A stretch of 48,771 nt of DNA from Bacilli bacterium (GTDB lineage: Bacteria > Bacillota_I > Bacilli_A > RFN20 > CAG-826). A program made the position numbers and the translations under genes. The stretch is from contig JAZLKX010000021.1 of the NCBI GenBank assembly GCA_045597865.1, positions 1 to 48,771 of the forward strand, written 5' to 3'. Shown here piece by piece: positions 1 to 10,901 of the stretch. Positions within the stretch are counted from its first letter, which is position 1. The number at the start of each line of letters is the position of its first letter. The notes under the pieces are model-generated. The model saw only the letters and a program-made list of their open reading frames with translations, did no database searches and was not told the origin of the DNA.

Positions 1-1
1 C

Positions 2-595
2 TTTGAAAAATACATTGGCAAAGAAATTGATGAATACGTCAGCTGTATCAATGCTCCAACTAAATCAAAACCATTTATGAAGAGCTACACAGTTAAGTAT
101 TTAGGCAATGTTGCTGATGGCAAAATCGTCAAACACTTAAATCTTCCTATGGAAAGACTTAAAGAACTCATTTTATGCCAACTCAAAGACAATCAAAACG
201 TTTGGTTTGGTAGTGATGTTGCAAGTTATGGTGATAGAATGCGTGGTGTTTGGAACGATCAAGAATTTGATTTTAAATCCTTATTGGATTTAGATATTAA
301 GATGGAAAAGGGTGAATCCCTTGACTTCCGCGCAAGCGCAATGAATCACGCAATGTGTATCACAGGCGTTGGGTTTGATGCAAACGGCGTTCCATCAAAA
401 TGGAAAATTGAAAACTCCTGGGGTGATGACAGAGGTTATAAAGGTTACTTTATTATGTCAGCAAGCTGGTTTGATCTATACACATACCAAGCAGTTGTTA
501 ACAAAAAGTATTTAACCAAAGAAGAACTTGCTGCATAAGAAGCAGAACCATTTGTTTTACAACCATGGGATCCAATGGGATCATTAGCAGACTAA
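2..595 (+). CDS. pepC: Aminopeptidase C / bleomycin hydrolase family (peptidase C1B), 5'-truncated by window; interrupted by an in-frame TAA at 536-538
   Basis: Frame is open from base 2. Motifs VWFGSDV, MNHAMCITGV (catalytic His) and WKIENSWG (catalytic Asn). After TAA 536-538 the same frame reads EAEPFVLQPWDPMGSLAD* (stop 593-595), the conserved PepC C-terminus. Confidence 0.9.
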
Positions 596-610
596 ATAAG
601 GAGAAAAACA

Positions 611-1360
611 ATGACAAAATTAGTTTTAATTAGACACGGCGAATCAGAATGGAATAAGTTAAACTTATTTACAGGCTGGACAGTCGTCGAATTATCTGAA
701 AAAGGTGTTATGGAAGCTCATAGAGCTGGTAAAACACTTAAAGAAGAAGGATATGATTTCGATATCGTTTATACTTCTTTACTTAAGAGAGCTATTCATA
801 CAATGAATAACGTCTTATTTGAACTCGATAGAGAATGGCTTCCAGTTGTTAAGACTTGGAGACTTAATGAACGTCACTATGGCGCTCTTCAAGGCTTAAA
901 TAAGGCTGAAACAGCAGAAAAGTACGGTGAAGAACAAGTTAAGGTTTGGAGAAGAAGCTATGACTGCCCACCTCCAGCACTTGATGCAAAAGATGAAAGA
1001 TATCCAGGCAACCAAGCTCAATTTAGAGATGTTCCAAAATCAGATCTTCCATTTACTGAATCACTTGAACTTACAGTTGCTCGTGCAGTTCCATTCTTTG
1101 AAGATGTTATCAAACCAGAAATGGAAAAAGGCAAACGTTGCTTAATCGTTGCTCACGGTAACTCAATCCGTGCTTTATACAAATATTTCACAGATTGTCC
1201 AGAAGAAGAAATTGTTGGTGTTAACATCCCAACCGGTGTTCCACTAGTCTTCGAATTTGATGACAACATGAAAGCCGTTAAACATTTTTATTTAATGGAC
1301 GAGGCTGCTTTAAAAGCTGAAATGGAAGCAGTCGCAAATCAAGGAAAAGCCAAGAAATAA
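611..1360 (+). CDS. gpmA: 2,3-bisphosphoglycerate-dependent phosphoglycerate mutase
   Basis: [25 protein letters not shown] and IPTGVP motifs; SD AAGGAG upstream. Confidence 0.97.
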   Translation: MTKLVLIRHGESEWNKLNLFTGWTVVELSEKGVMEAHRAGKTLKEEGYDFDIVYTSLLKRAIHTMNNVLFELDREWLPVVKTWRLNERHYGALQGLNKAETAEKYGEEQVKVWRRSYDCPPPALDAKDERYPGNQAQFRDVPKSDLPFTESLELTVARAVPFFEDVIKPEMEKGKRCLIVAHGNSIRALYKYFTDCPEEEIVGVNIPTGVPLVFEFDDNMKAVKHFYLMDEAALKAEMEAVANQGKAKK

Positions 1361-1382
1361 TAGGGTTTTCCCGGTAATTTTG

Positions 1383-2222
1383 ATGAAAAAATTGTTATTT
1401 ATATTACCACTTTGTGTTGTTGGTTTAGCTTCTTGTGGAAAAAATGATGAAGTCAGTCTTGATGAAGCAATGTTATTTATTAAGGAACACGTTCCACAAA
1501 AGAAGACAGCTGAACTTACAAATGCATCAGGAAAAGATGTTTCGTTTGATTATTATGATATGACATCTTTAGGCAAAAAGGGTTTTATTACTTGCAGATC
1601 ATGTGGTTTTAGGTATCAAAGCGTTTTTCATGAACCAGATTACGAATTTAATTTGAATTATGATTTCAATAATAAAGTTGTTTATTATCAAAAGAAAAAT
1701 TTAATGACTGGCGATTCAGATTATTCTAGGTTTAGAGAAACGGAGCCTAATGTTATTGAAACAAGAAATATTTTTTATAACCAGGTTGGTTTTCCTGTTG
1801 CCGAAACAAACAAAAATGAATTTGATGTTGTTTCGTGTTCAATAACAAATCAATTTCAAGCAGAATTAGTTGATGCCACATTGTTAAGAGAAAGCATTTT
1901 TGCTTACAAAGATAGAAAAAGTCTTTATAAGAAGACATACGAATATTCTTTTCAAATAGTAAATTCAGAGCTCCACGCTAAACAATCAAGAAAAGTTTAT
2001 GCAAAAACTGATGGAGTTGTGAATGTGGGTGGTTTAAAAGGAAGCGACAGTGATATACAAATTGCAGTTAATGTTGAATATATCGTAAACAGTAGTGGAC
2101 TAATAACTTATGGGAAATTCTACTACACCTATAACAACGTTAATTATGTTGCAACCGAATATAAGATAATTGAATACAATCAAAATTTGACTGATTATAT
2201 GGAAGAAGCTTTCAATGAATAG
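1383..2222 (+). CDS. Hypothetical lipoprotein
   Basis: MKKLLFILPLCVVGLAS-C signal peptide with lipobox; no recognisable family; start could be TTG at 1380. Confidence 0.75.
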   Translation: MKKLLFILPLCVVGLASCGKNDEVSLDEAMLFIKEHVPQKKTAELTNASGKDVSFDYYDMTSLGKKGFITCRSCGFRYQSVFHEPDYEFNLNYDFNNKVVYYQKKNLMTGDSDYSRFRETEPNVIETRNIFYNQVGFPVAETNKNEFDVVSCSITNQFQAELVDATLLRESIFAYKDRKSLYKKTYEYSFQIVNSELHAKQSRKVYAKTDGVVNVGGLKGSDSDIQIAVNVEYIVNSSGLITYGKFYYTYNNVNYVATEYKIIEYNQNLTDYMEEAFNE

Positions 2223-2565
2223 CAAAATTAAAAAAGAAACATACGATAGATTAATGAAATTTAGAGATGACCGCGATTGGTCTCAATTTCATACTGGAGA
2301 AAATCTTGCAAAATCTATAATGATTGAAGCAGGTGAACTCCTTGAAGTTTTCCAATGGTCAGATAAAGAAAAATCAATCGTTAAAGTCAAAGAGGAATTA
2401 GCTGACGTTTTTATGTACGCAATACTTATGGCAGACCGTTACAATCTCGACATTGATGAAATTATTAATGAAAAGATGGATCAAAACGAAAGAAAATATC
2501 CTGCTGAAATGGTTAAAGGTTCATCGAAAAAATATAACGAGTACAAAACATCATGGAAAAAATAA
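2215..2565 (+). CDS. MazG-like nucleotide pyrophosphohydrolase
   Basis: FRDDRDWSQFH, EAGELLEVFQW, EELADV and KMDQNERKYP motifs. Confidence 0.9.
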   Translation: MNSKIKKETYDRLMKFRDDRDWSQFHTGENLAKSIMIEAGELLEVFQWSDKEKSIVKVKEELADVFMYAILMADRYNLDIDEIINEKMDQNERKYPAEMVKGSSKKYNEYKTSWKK

Positions 2566-3440
2566 TTTTCTCATTAACATCAAGTTATAAACTTGCTAAA
2601 GAAATTGCCTCAGCTTCAAAAATTGAACTCGGAAAGAGTGAAGTTGTGAAGTTTTCTGATGGCGAAATAATGGCAAGATGTTTAAGCAATGTTAAAGGAA
2701 AAGAATGCTTTATTGTGCAGTCCACAATTGCGCCTTCGAGCGACACAATTTTTGAGATTTTGATATTCGTTGATGCGCTTAAAAACGCTGGAGCAAAAGA
2801 GATAGTTTTAATTGCTCCTTATTATGGTTATTCTAGACAAGACAGAGTCGCAAGACCAGGAGAACCAATCACTGCTAAATTAGTGGCAAAAATGCTAGAA
2901 AACAGCGGGATTTCCCGCGTAATTTCCATAGATTTGCACACTCAACAGATCCAAGGTTTCTTCTCAATTCCAGTTGAAAATCTTGAGACTTCAGTCTTGT
3001 TTGGAAGATACTTTGCAAAGCGTTTTGATGAGTTAAAAATTGCTCACAAAAACGTTGTTGTAGTTTCACCAGATCACGGTTCTGCAAATAGAGGTAGAGA
3101 TGTCTCATCTGAACTCAATGGAGCAGGCCTTGCAGTTATCGATAAAAGACGTCCAGCACCAAACCAATCTGAGGTTGTTAATGTTGTTGGAGACGTTGAG
3201 GGCAAAGTTTGCCTCATTGTCGATGACATTTGTGATACTTGTGGAACAATTAATAATGCTGTAGAAGCACTTTTCCAAAAAGGTGCAAAAGAAGTTTTTG
3301 TTGCAGTTACTCATGCAGTTATTTCAAAGAACAGCATCGATTCAAGAGTAAAAGAATTTGTTACAACTGACACAGTTGAAAAAGAATATAAAGGAGCTAA
3401 AGTTTTATCAGTAGCTGAGCTCATTGCTCAGAACCTTTAA
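2553..3440 (+). CDS. prs: Ribose-phosphate pyrophosphokinase
   Basis: FSDGE, PYYGYSRQDR, DLHTQQIQGFF, VVVSPDHG and IVDDICDTCGT motifs. Confidence 0.95.
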   Translation: MEKIIFSLTSSYKLAKEIASASKIELGKSEVVKFSDGEIMARCLSNVKGKECFIVQSTIAPSSDTIFEILIFVDALKNAGAKEIVLIAPYYGYSRQDRVARPGEPITAKLVAKMLENSGISRVISIDLHTQQIQGFFSIPVENLETSVLFGRYFAKRFDELKIAHKNVVVVSPDHGSANRGRDVSSELNGAGLAVIDKRRPAPNQSEVVNVVGDVEGKVCLIVDDICDTCGTINNAVEALFQKGAKEVFVAVTHAVISKNSIDSRVKEFVTTDTVEKEYKGAKVLSVAELIAQNL

Positions 3441-3446
3441 TATACA

Positions 3447-3483
3447 AAGTGTTACCTTGATAAACCACTTAGAAAAACAAGGG
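3447..3483 (+). promoter_or_regulatory. Putative preQ1 class I-like riboswitch (H-type pseudoknot)
   Basis: P1 AAGTG(3447-51)/CACTT(3466-70); loop CCTTG(3455-59) pairs with CAAGG(3478-82) after the A-rich linker AGAAAAA; lies directly 5' of queT. Confidence 0.65.
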
Positions 3484-3484
3484 T

Positions 3485-3988
3485 ATGAAAAAAGATATCG
3501 TTAAAGCAATTACAAGAAACGCGGTTGTGGCAGCGATATATTTTTTATTGACTTTTGCATCCACTCCAATCGCATTTGGACAGGTCCAATTTAGAATTGC
3601 TGAAGCATTAATTTTGTTATGCTTCTTTAGAAGAGATTTTGCAATTGGACTAACCTTGGGATGCTTATGTGCTAACTGTTTCTCAACTTTAGGGCCTTGG
3701 GACATATTGATAGGAACACTTGCTACTTTATTAAGTTGCATAGGCGTGTCATTCTGTAAACATTTATTCATCGCTTCTTTGATTCCGGTAATAATAAATG
3801 GATTTGCGATTGGCGCAGAACTATATTTCATCCTACAAATTAACCTTTGGTTAGGCGTTGGATTTGTAGCTTTAGGTGAACTTATTTGCGTAAGTATGTT
3901 AGGATATTTATTGTTCCTACTGTTAAGAAGGAACAAACCATTCATGGAAGTGATTGGTGCAAATAGAAATTTAGAAGTTAAATGGTGA
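3485..3988 (+). CDS. queT: QueT family queuosine-precursor transporter (ECF S component)
   Basis: AVVAAIY, FGQVQFRIAEAL, GLTLGCLCAN and DILIGTLATL motifs; hydrophobic; in tgt/queA cluster. Confidence 0.9.
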   Translation: MKKDIVKAITRNAVVAAIYFLLTFASTPIAFGQVQFRIAEALILLCFFRRDFAIGLTLGCLCANCFSTLGPWDILIGTLATLLSCIGVSFCKHLFIASLIPVIINGFAIGAELYFILQINLWLGVGFVALGELICVSMLGYLLFLLLRRNKPFMEVIGANRNLEVKW

Positions 3989-3999
3989 GAGGTTAAATT

Positions 4000-5572
<1,573 letters not shown>

Positions 5573-5573
<1 letters not shown>

Positions 5574-6601
5574 TGGACATAGAATTATTTAATTACGATT
5601 TACCAGAAGAACTAATTGCACAAACTCCTGCAAAAGTCAGAGATGAGTGCAGACTTTTGTGCATAAATAAATCCGAAAAAACATACGAAGACAAGATCTT
5701 TAGAGACATAATTGATTACCTCAAACCAGGTGACGTAATTGTTCGCAATAATACCAAAGTTTTGCCAGCTAGAATTTTCGGTACAAAAGAGGGTACTGGA
5801 GCCCATGTAGAAATACTACTTTTGAAGCAACTTGAAGGCGACACTTGGGAGTGTTTAGCAGGTAATGCAAAACCAATAAAAGTTGGCTCAGTAATTGACT
5901 TTAATAATGGCAAATTAAAAGCCGAATGTTTAGAGGTTCGTGACGAAGGAATTAGGGTCATGAATTTCAAATATAATGGGATTTTCCTGGAGATTTTGAA
6001 CGAAATCGGCGCTATGCCGCTTCCTCCATACATTAAGAAAAAGTGTGAAGACAACTCACAATATCAAACAGTTTTTGCTAAAGTTTATGGTAGTGCAGCA
6101 GCACCTACTGCAGGCTTCCATTTTACTGAAGAATTAATCAAAAAATGTGAAGAAAAAGGTGTTGAATTTTTAGATGTTACTTTAAACATTGGATTAGGCA
6201 CTTTTAAACCGGTAAAAGAGAGGACTGTTGAAGCTCACAAAATGCATACTGAACACTATGAAATTTCTCAAGAAGTTGCGGACCGTTTGAACCTTGCCAA
6301 GAAGGAAGGAAGACGCATCATTGCTTTAGGAACAACTTCAACCAGAACTTTGGAAGCAAACATGCAAAAATTTGGTGAATTTAGAGCAGATAAAGACGAT
6401 ACTTCTATCTTTATTATGCCTGGTTATAAATACAAAGCTATTGATGCTCTCATTACAAACTTCCATTTACCTAAATCTACATTAATTATGCTTGTATCCG
6501 CTCTTATGGGCAGAGAATTTACTTTAGACTGCTATAAACATGCAGTTGAAGAAAGATACAGATTCTTCTCCTTTGGAGATGCAATGTTTATTCATGACTA
6601 A
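5573..6601 (+). CDS. queA: S-adenosylmethionine:tRNA ribosyltransferase-isomerase
   Basis: YDLPEELIAQTP, NNTKVLPAR, PLPPYI, AAPTAGFHF, TNFHLPKSTL and YRFFSFGDAM. Confidence 0.98.
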
Positions 6602-7250
6602 CAAAATAAATTATTACAAACGTTCAATTGAAGAGCTTGAAAAGTTACCAAAAACAGGTAAAAAACCAAGCCTACTTTTGCATGCTTGTTGCGGTCCTTG
6701 TTCGACATTTCCGCTCACATTTTTATGCCCTCATTTTGATGTTACAATCTTCTTCAACAACTCAAATATCTATCCTTCAGAAGAGTACTATAGACGCCTA
6801 AATGAGCTCAAAAAATTCCTTGAATTCTTTAAAAGAGACTATGGTTTTGATGCAAAAATTATCGAAACTTTATACAAAAATGATGAATATAATTTAGATC
6901 TCGAAAAGTATGCTGATCAACCAGAAGGGCAAACTCGCTGTTTTTTGTGCTACGAAAAGCGTATGAATGAGGCCTTTAAATTTGCTAACGAAAATGGCTT
7001 TGATTACTTCACTACAGTAATGACAATTTCACGTCAAAAAGACTCTCAAAAACTCAATGAAATTGGCGAAAAATTGCAAAAATCCTATGGAAAAACCCGA
7101 TATTTTCACTCTGACTTCAAGAAGAACAAAGGCATCGATATTGCTCGTGAAATGCGCATTCATTATGACCTTTATCAACAGCTGTATTGTGGGTGCAAAT
7201 ACACATATGAAAAAGGCCTAAAAAAGGCAGCAGAAAAAGGGCAAAAATAA
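6594..7250 (+). CDS. queH: Epoxyqueuosine reductase QueH (DUF208)
   Basis: LLLHACCGPCS, NSNIYP, RCFLCYEKRM and YQQLYCGC motifs; ATG at 6594 overlaps the end of queA. Confidence 0.93.
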   Translation: MTNKINYYKRSIEELEKLPKTGKKPSLLLHACCGPCSTFPLTFLCPHFDVTIFFNNSNIYPSEEYYRRLNELKKFLEFFKRDYGFDAKIIETLYKNDEYNLDLEKYADQPEGQTRCFLCYEKRMNEAFKFANENGFDYFTTVMTISRQKDSQKLNEIGEKLQKSYGKTRYFHSDFKKNKGIDIAREMRIHYDLYQQLYCGCKYTYEKGLKKAAEKGQK

Positions 7251-7282
7251 GTAAAAATTTCACAAAAAAATGATAGAAAAAT

Positions 7283-7304
7283 AGGGGTTTGGAGCCCCTT
7301 TTTT
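7283..7304 (+). terminator. Intrinsic terminator after queH
   Basis: AGGGGTT-TGG-AGCCCCT stem followed by a T run. Confidence 0.75.
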
Positions 7305-7339
7305 CGTATACATTATCTATTAAATTAATAAATTTTCGC

Positions 7340-7367
7340 TTGCATATATTATATATAGGCGTATCAT
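7340..7367 (+). promoter_or_regulatory. Putative sigmaA promoter of the S10 operon
   Basis: TTGCAT-16 nt-TATCAT. Confidence 0.5.
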
Positions 7368-7384
7368 ATAACACGTTAACGTTT

Positions 7385-7462
7385 GCGTTGACATGCGAGG
7401 TTGCCGACACACCGTCAGGCGTTGTCATGAGAAAGGTTGCCGGGGAATTCGCATCGAGCAGT
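7385..7462 (+). promoter_or_regulatory. Firmicutes-type rpsJ (S10) operon leader RNA
   Basis: GC-rich island with GAGGTTGCCGACACACC...TTGTCATG, resembling the Bacillus S10 leader; closing stem ATGCGA(7393-98)/TCGCAT(7449-54). Confidence 0.7.
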
Positions 7463-7501
7463 TCGTTAAAAAGCCTGAAAGAAAAATTAGGAGGAAAATT
7501 C

Positions 7502-7813
7502 ATGGCAAAAGTAAAAACCATTAGGGTTCGCTTACAAGCTTATGATCACAAGATTCTTGACTTAGCAGTTGAGAAGATCATTGCAGCAGCGAAAAAGACT
7601 GGGGCTGGTGTTGTTGGTCCTATTCCACTCCCTACAGAGAAGCAAGTTTACACCATCTTACGTGCTGTCCATAAGTACAAAGATGCTCGTGAACAATTCG
7701 AAATCAGAACACACAAGAGATTGATCGATATCACCAATCCAACTAAGGAGACCGTTGAAACATTACGTAAACTCGACTTAGCATCAGGTGTTGATATTGA
7801 CATCAAGCTATAA
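7502..7813 (+). CDS. rpsJ: 30S ribosomal protein S10
   Basis: [31 protein letters not shown]; SD AGGAGG places the start at 7502. Confidence 0.98.
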   Translation: MAKVKTIRVRLQAYDHKILDLAVEKIIAAAKKTGAGVVGPIPLPTEKQVYTILRAVHKYKDAREQFEIRTHKRLIDITNPTKETVETLRKLDLASGVDIDIKL

Positions 7814-7827
7814 GGAGGTAAGACAAG

Positions 7828-8733
7828 ATGAAACAAATCATTGGTCGTAAAATGGGCATGACAGAAGTCTTCGCCAAAGACGGAACAATGTACGCAGTTA
7901 CAGTTGTCGAAGTACTTCCTAATGTCGTTACACAAGTAAAGACAGTTGAAAAGGACGGCTATGCAGCAGTCCAAGTCGGATTCGAAGAAAAGAAAGAATC
8001 CAAAGTTAACAAAGCCGAAAAGGGCCGTGCAGCAAAAGCAGGTGTTCCAGTATTCAAAGTACTCGGCGAAGTTAAAGGTGATGAAATGGCTAACTACAAA
8101 GTTGGCGATAAAATCACAGCAGACATCTTCAAAGCTGGTGATGTCGTTGACGTAATCGGTACCTCAAAAGGACGTGGTTACTTAGGCGCTATCCAACGTT
8201 ACAACCAACACATTGGTCCAAAAGGCCACGGTCACGGTTGGCACAGATTCGCTGGTTCAATGGCAAACTTAGGTCGTATCCAAAGAGTCACACCAGGAAA
8301 ACACATGTCTGGTCACCATGGTAACAAATCAGCAACCATCCTCAACCAATTAGTCGTTGAAGCAAATGCTGAAAAGAATTACATCTTAGTTAAGGGTTCA
8401 ATCCCAGGCGCAAAGAAATCACTCGTTGTTATTCGTAGCGCAATTAAGGCACAACTTGGTAAAAAACCATCAGTTGGTGAATTAGTTGATATTGAAGCCG
8501 AATTAAGAGCAGCAGAAGAAGCAAGACTTGCCGAAGAAGCAGCAAAGAAAGCAGCTGAAGAAGCCGCTAAGAAAGCCGCTGAAGAAGCAAAAGCTGCAGA
8601 AGAAGCTGCAAAGAAGGCCGCTGAAGAAGCAGCCAAAGCAGAAGCTGAAGCCGCAAAGGCAGCAGCAGAAGCTCCTAAAGCCGAAGAAGCTCCAGCAGCC
8701 GAACCAGTTGCTGAAGAAAAGAAAGGAGAATAG
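7828..8733 (+). CDS. rplC: 50S ribosomal protein L3 with ~93 aa C-terminal EEAAKKAA extension
   Basis: GRKMGMT, KDGYAAVQVG, VDVIGTSKGRG and VKGSIPG; position after rpsJ. Confidence 0.97.
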   Translation: MKQIIGRKMGMTEVFAKDGTMYAVTVVEVLPNVVTQVKTVEKDGYAAVQVGFEEKKESKVNKAEKGRAAKAGVPVFKVLGEVKGDEMANYKVGDKITADIFKAGDVVDVIGTSKGRGYLGAIQRYNQHIGPKGHGHGWHRFAGSMANLGRIQRVTPGKHMSGHHGNKSATILNQLVVEANAEKNYILVKGSIPGAKKSLVVIRSAIKAQLGKKPSVGELVDIEAELRAAEEARLAEEAAKKAAEEAAKKAAEEAKAAEEAAKKAAEEAAKAEAEAAKAAAEAPKAEEAPAAEPVAEEKKGE

Positions 8734-8736
8734 TTT

Positions 8737-9381
8737 ATGGCAGACAAGAAAATCTCATTAGACGTTCTCTCAATGGCAGGTGAAAAGGTTGGTACCGTTT
8801 CAGTCTCCGGATACGTCTTTGGTCAAAAAGAAGCTACTCAAGCAATGCATGATGCCGTTGTCGTGTATCAAGCAAACATGAGACAAGCTACTGCAAAAAC
8901 CAAAAAACGTGACGAAGTCTCAGGCGGTGGTAAGAAACCATGGAGACAAAAAGGCACAGGTAGAGCCCGTGCTGGTTCATCCCGTTCCCCAATTTGGGTC
9001 GGTGGTGGCGTTGTATTTGGTCCAACAGGTGATCAAAACTACACACTTAAACAAAACCGCAAGGAACATAACTTAGCATTACGCTCAGCATGGTCCATGA
9101 AGGTTAAGGCTCTTAAGATTGTTGACAAACTCGAAGTCGGTAAAAAGACAAAAGAAATGGTCGCAGTCCTCAAAGCCCTTAAAGCTGAAGGAAAAGTTCT
9201 CGTTGTTACTACATGTGATGCAGATAATGACAACTTATTCTTAGCAACAAAGAACATCGCAAACGCTGTATTAACATGCGCATGCAATGTCTCAGTCTAT
9301 GACTTAATGTACTTCGATACAATCGTTATGGACAAAGCAACCTTAAAGGTTGTTGAAGAAAGATTAGAGGAGGCAAAGTAA
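8737..9381 (+). CDS. rplD: 50S ribosomal protein L4
   Basis: EVSGGGKKPWRQKGTGRARAGS. Confidence 0.98.
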   Translation: MADKKISLDVLSMAGEKVGTVSVSGYVFGQKEATQAMHDAVVVYQANMRQATAKTKKRDEVSGGGKKPWRQKGTGRARAGSSRSPIWVGGGVVFGPTGDQNYTLKQNRKEHNLALRSAWSMKVKALKIVDKLEVGKKTKEMVAVLKALKAEGKVLVVTTCDADNDNLFLATKNIANAVLTCACNVSVYDLMYFDTIVMDKATLKVVEERLEEAK

Positions 9382-9382
9382 G

Positions 9383-9709
9383 ATGGCTGAAAAGAAAGCA
9401 AAAGTTGCATCAAAAGCAACAATCCATGACTTCGATGTTATCATCGAACCAGTCATTACAGAAAAAACTATGTCCCTCATGCAGGAACAAAATAAGGTAA
9501 CACTTAAAGTTTCACCAAAAGCAAACCGTGCTGACGTTAAGAAAGCATTCGAAAAGGTCTTCGGTGTTAAAGTTACCGGCGTTAACATTGTTAATGCTCC
9601 TGCCAAAGAAACCACAAGAGGTGGCCGTTATAAAGGCGTCATCTCCGGTTTCAAGAAAGCAGTCGTTACTGTCGCTGACGGACAAGCAATCGACTTATTC
9701 AAAGAGTAG
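9383..9709 (+). CDS. rplW: 50S ribosomal protein L23
   Basis: PVITEKT, FGVKVTGVN, KKAVVT. Confidence 0.96.
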   Translation: MAEKKAKVASKATIHDFDVIIEPVITEKTMSLMQEQNKVTLKVSPKANRADVKKAFEKVFGVKVTGVNIVNAPAKETTRGGRYKGVISGFKKAVVTVADGQAIDLFKE

Positions 9710-9746
9710 TCTGAAATAGGACTTACACATTATAGGAGGAAAAAAT

Positions 9747-10580
9747 ATGTCAATCAGAACATATAGTCCAACTTCCGCATCTCGCAGAAATATGACTAAT
9801 TTGACCTTTGACGAAATCACCAAATCAACTCCTGAAAAAAGTTTAACAGTTAAACTTAGCAAGACTGGCGGTCGTAATAACCAAGGTGTTATCACAACAC
9901 GTCATATCGGTGGTGGTCATAAGCGTCGTTACAGAGTTATTGATTTCAAGAGAAACAAAGATGGAATCGTTGGCACTATCAAAGCGGTGGAATATGATCC
10001 AAACCGTAACGCAAATATCCTTCTCGTTGTCTACGCAGATGGCGAAAAGAGATACATTCTTGCCCCACAAGGCTTAAAAGTTGGAGACAAAGTCGTCTCT
10101 GGCGAAAATGTTGATATTAAACCAGGCAATGCTCTTCCATTGAAGAATATCCCAGAAGGTACATTCATTCACAACGTTGAGCTCAGCCCAAAGAAAGGCG
10201 GACAAATGTGTCGTGCCGCAGGAACAAGCGCACAAGTACTTGGTTCTGAAGGAAAACACGTCATCTTACGTCTCGCATCCGGTGAAGTTAGAAAAGTTCT
10301 TGCTGAATGCCGTGCAACAATCGGTGTTGTAGGAAACGAAGACTTCATCTTAGTGAACAAAGGTAAAGCCGGAAAGAACCGCTGGTTAGGTATGAGACCA
10401 ACCGTACGTGGTTCTGTTATGAACCCTAACGATCACCCACACGGTGGTGGTGAAGGTAAATGTCCTGTCGGACGTGATGCACCAAGAACCCCATGGGGTA
10501 AACGTGCACTTGGCGTTAAGACAAGACGCAACAAACAACCTTCTACAAAATTAATCATTCGTAGAATCAATGACAAATAA
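9747..10580 (+). CDS. rplB: 50S ribosomal protein L2
   Basis: [30 protein letters not shown]. Confidence 0.99.
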   Translation: MSIRTYSPTSASRRNMTNLTFDEITKSTPEKSLTVKLSKTGGRNNQGVITTRHIGGGHKRRYRVIDFKRNKDGIVGTIKAVEYDPNRNANILLVVYADGEKRYILAPQGLKVGDKVVSGENVDIKPGNALPLKNIPEGTFIHNVELSPKKGGQMCRAAGTSAQVLGSEGKHVILRLASGEVRKVLAECRATIGVVGNEDFILVNKGKAGKNRWLGMRPTVRGSVMNPNDHPHGGGEGKCPVGRDAPRTPWGKRALGVKTRRNKQPSTKLIIRRINDK

Positions 10581-10599
10581 TGAAAGGAGAATTTAGAAT

Positions 10600-10890
10600 A
10601 TGTCACGTTCAATTAAAAAAGGCCCATTCTGTGATGCATACCTTCTTAAGAAAGTAGACGCACTCAATGCAGCTAATAAAAAAGAAGTCATTAAGACTTG
10701 GTCACGTCGTTCAACAATTTTCCCATCATTTGTCGAACACACATTCGCAGTCTACAATGGCCGCGAACACATTACCGTCTATGTTACAGAAGATATGGTC
10801 GGACACAAGCTCGGTGAGTTTGCACCAACCAGAACCTTCAAAGGACACCACGGTAACAATGCGGAAGATAAGGCCGCAGCAGCTAAATAG
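10600..10890 (+). CDS. rpsS: 30S ribosomal protein S19
   Basis: [30 protein letters not shown]. Confidence 0.99.
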   Translation: MSRSIKKGPFCDAYLLKKVDALNAANKKEVIKTWSRRSTIFPSFVEHTFAVYNGREHITVYVTEDMVGHKLGEFAPTRTFKGHHGNNAEDKAAAAK

Positions 10891-10901
10891 GAGGTAAGGT
10901 T

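Noticed and set aside
536-538. Genome-wide TAA reassignment suggested by the pepC stop
   Set aside because: TAA is the normal stop for most genes here and no other gene shows an internal TAA.
3986-3988. Possible genetic code 4 (TGA=Trp) given the Mollicutes-like features
   Set aside because: Conserved Trp residues use TGG, and TGA ends queT, ecfA2 and ecfT at the expected positions.
6540-6593. Longer upstream starts for queH (and likewise rplF, map, ecfA1, rplM, rpsI, hinT and both large lipoproteins)
   Set aside because: They overlap upstream genes or lack SDs; the downstream starts match family N-termini or signal peptides.
7289-7501. 72-codon N-terminal extension of S10 in the ORF track
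   Set aside because: It runs through a terminator, promoter and leader RNA; the strong SD supports ATG 7502.
8510-8660. Tandem 21-24 nt repeats as a possible CRISPR array or VNTR
   Set aside because: No spacers, in-frame coding, variation at synonymous sites, and no cas genes.
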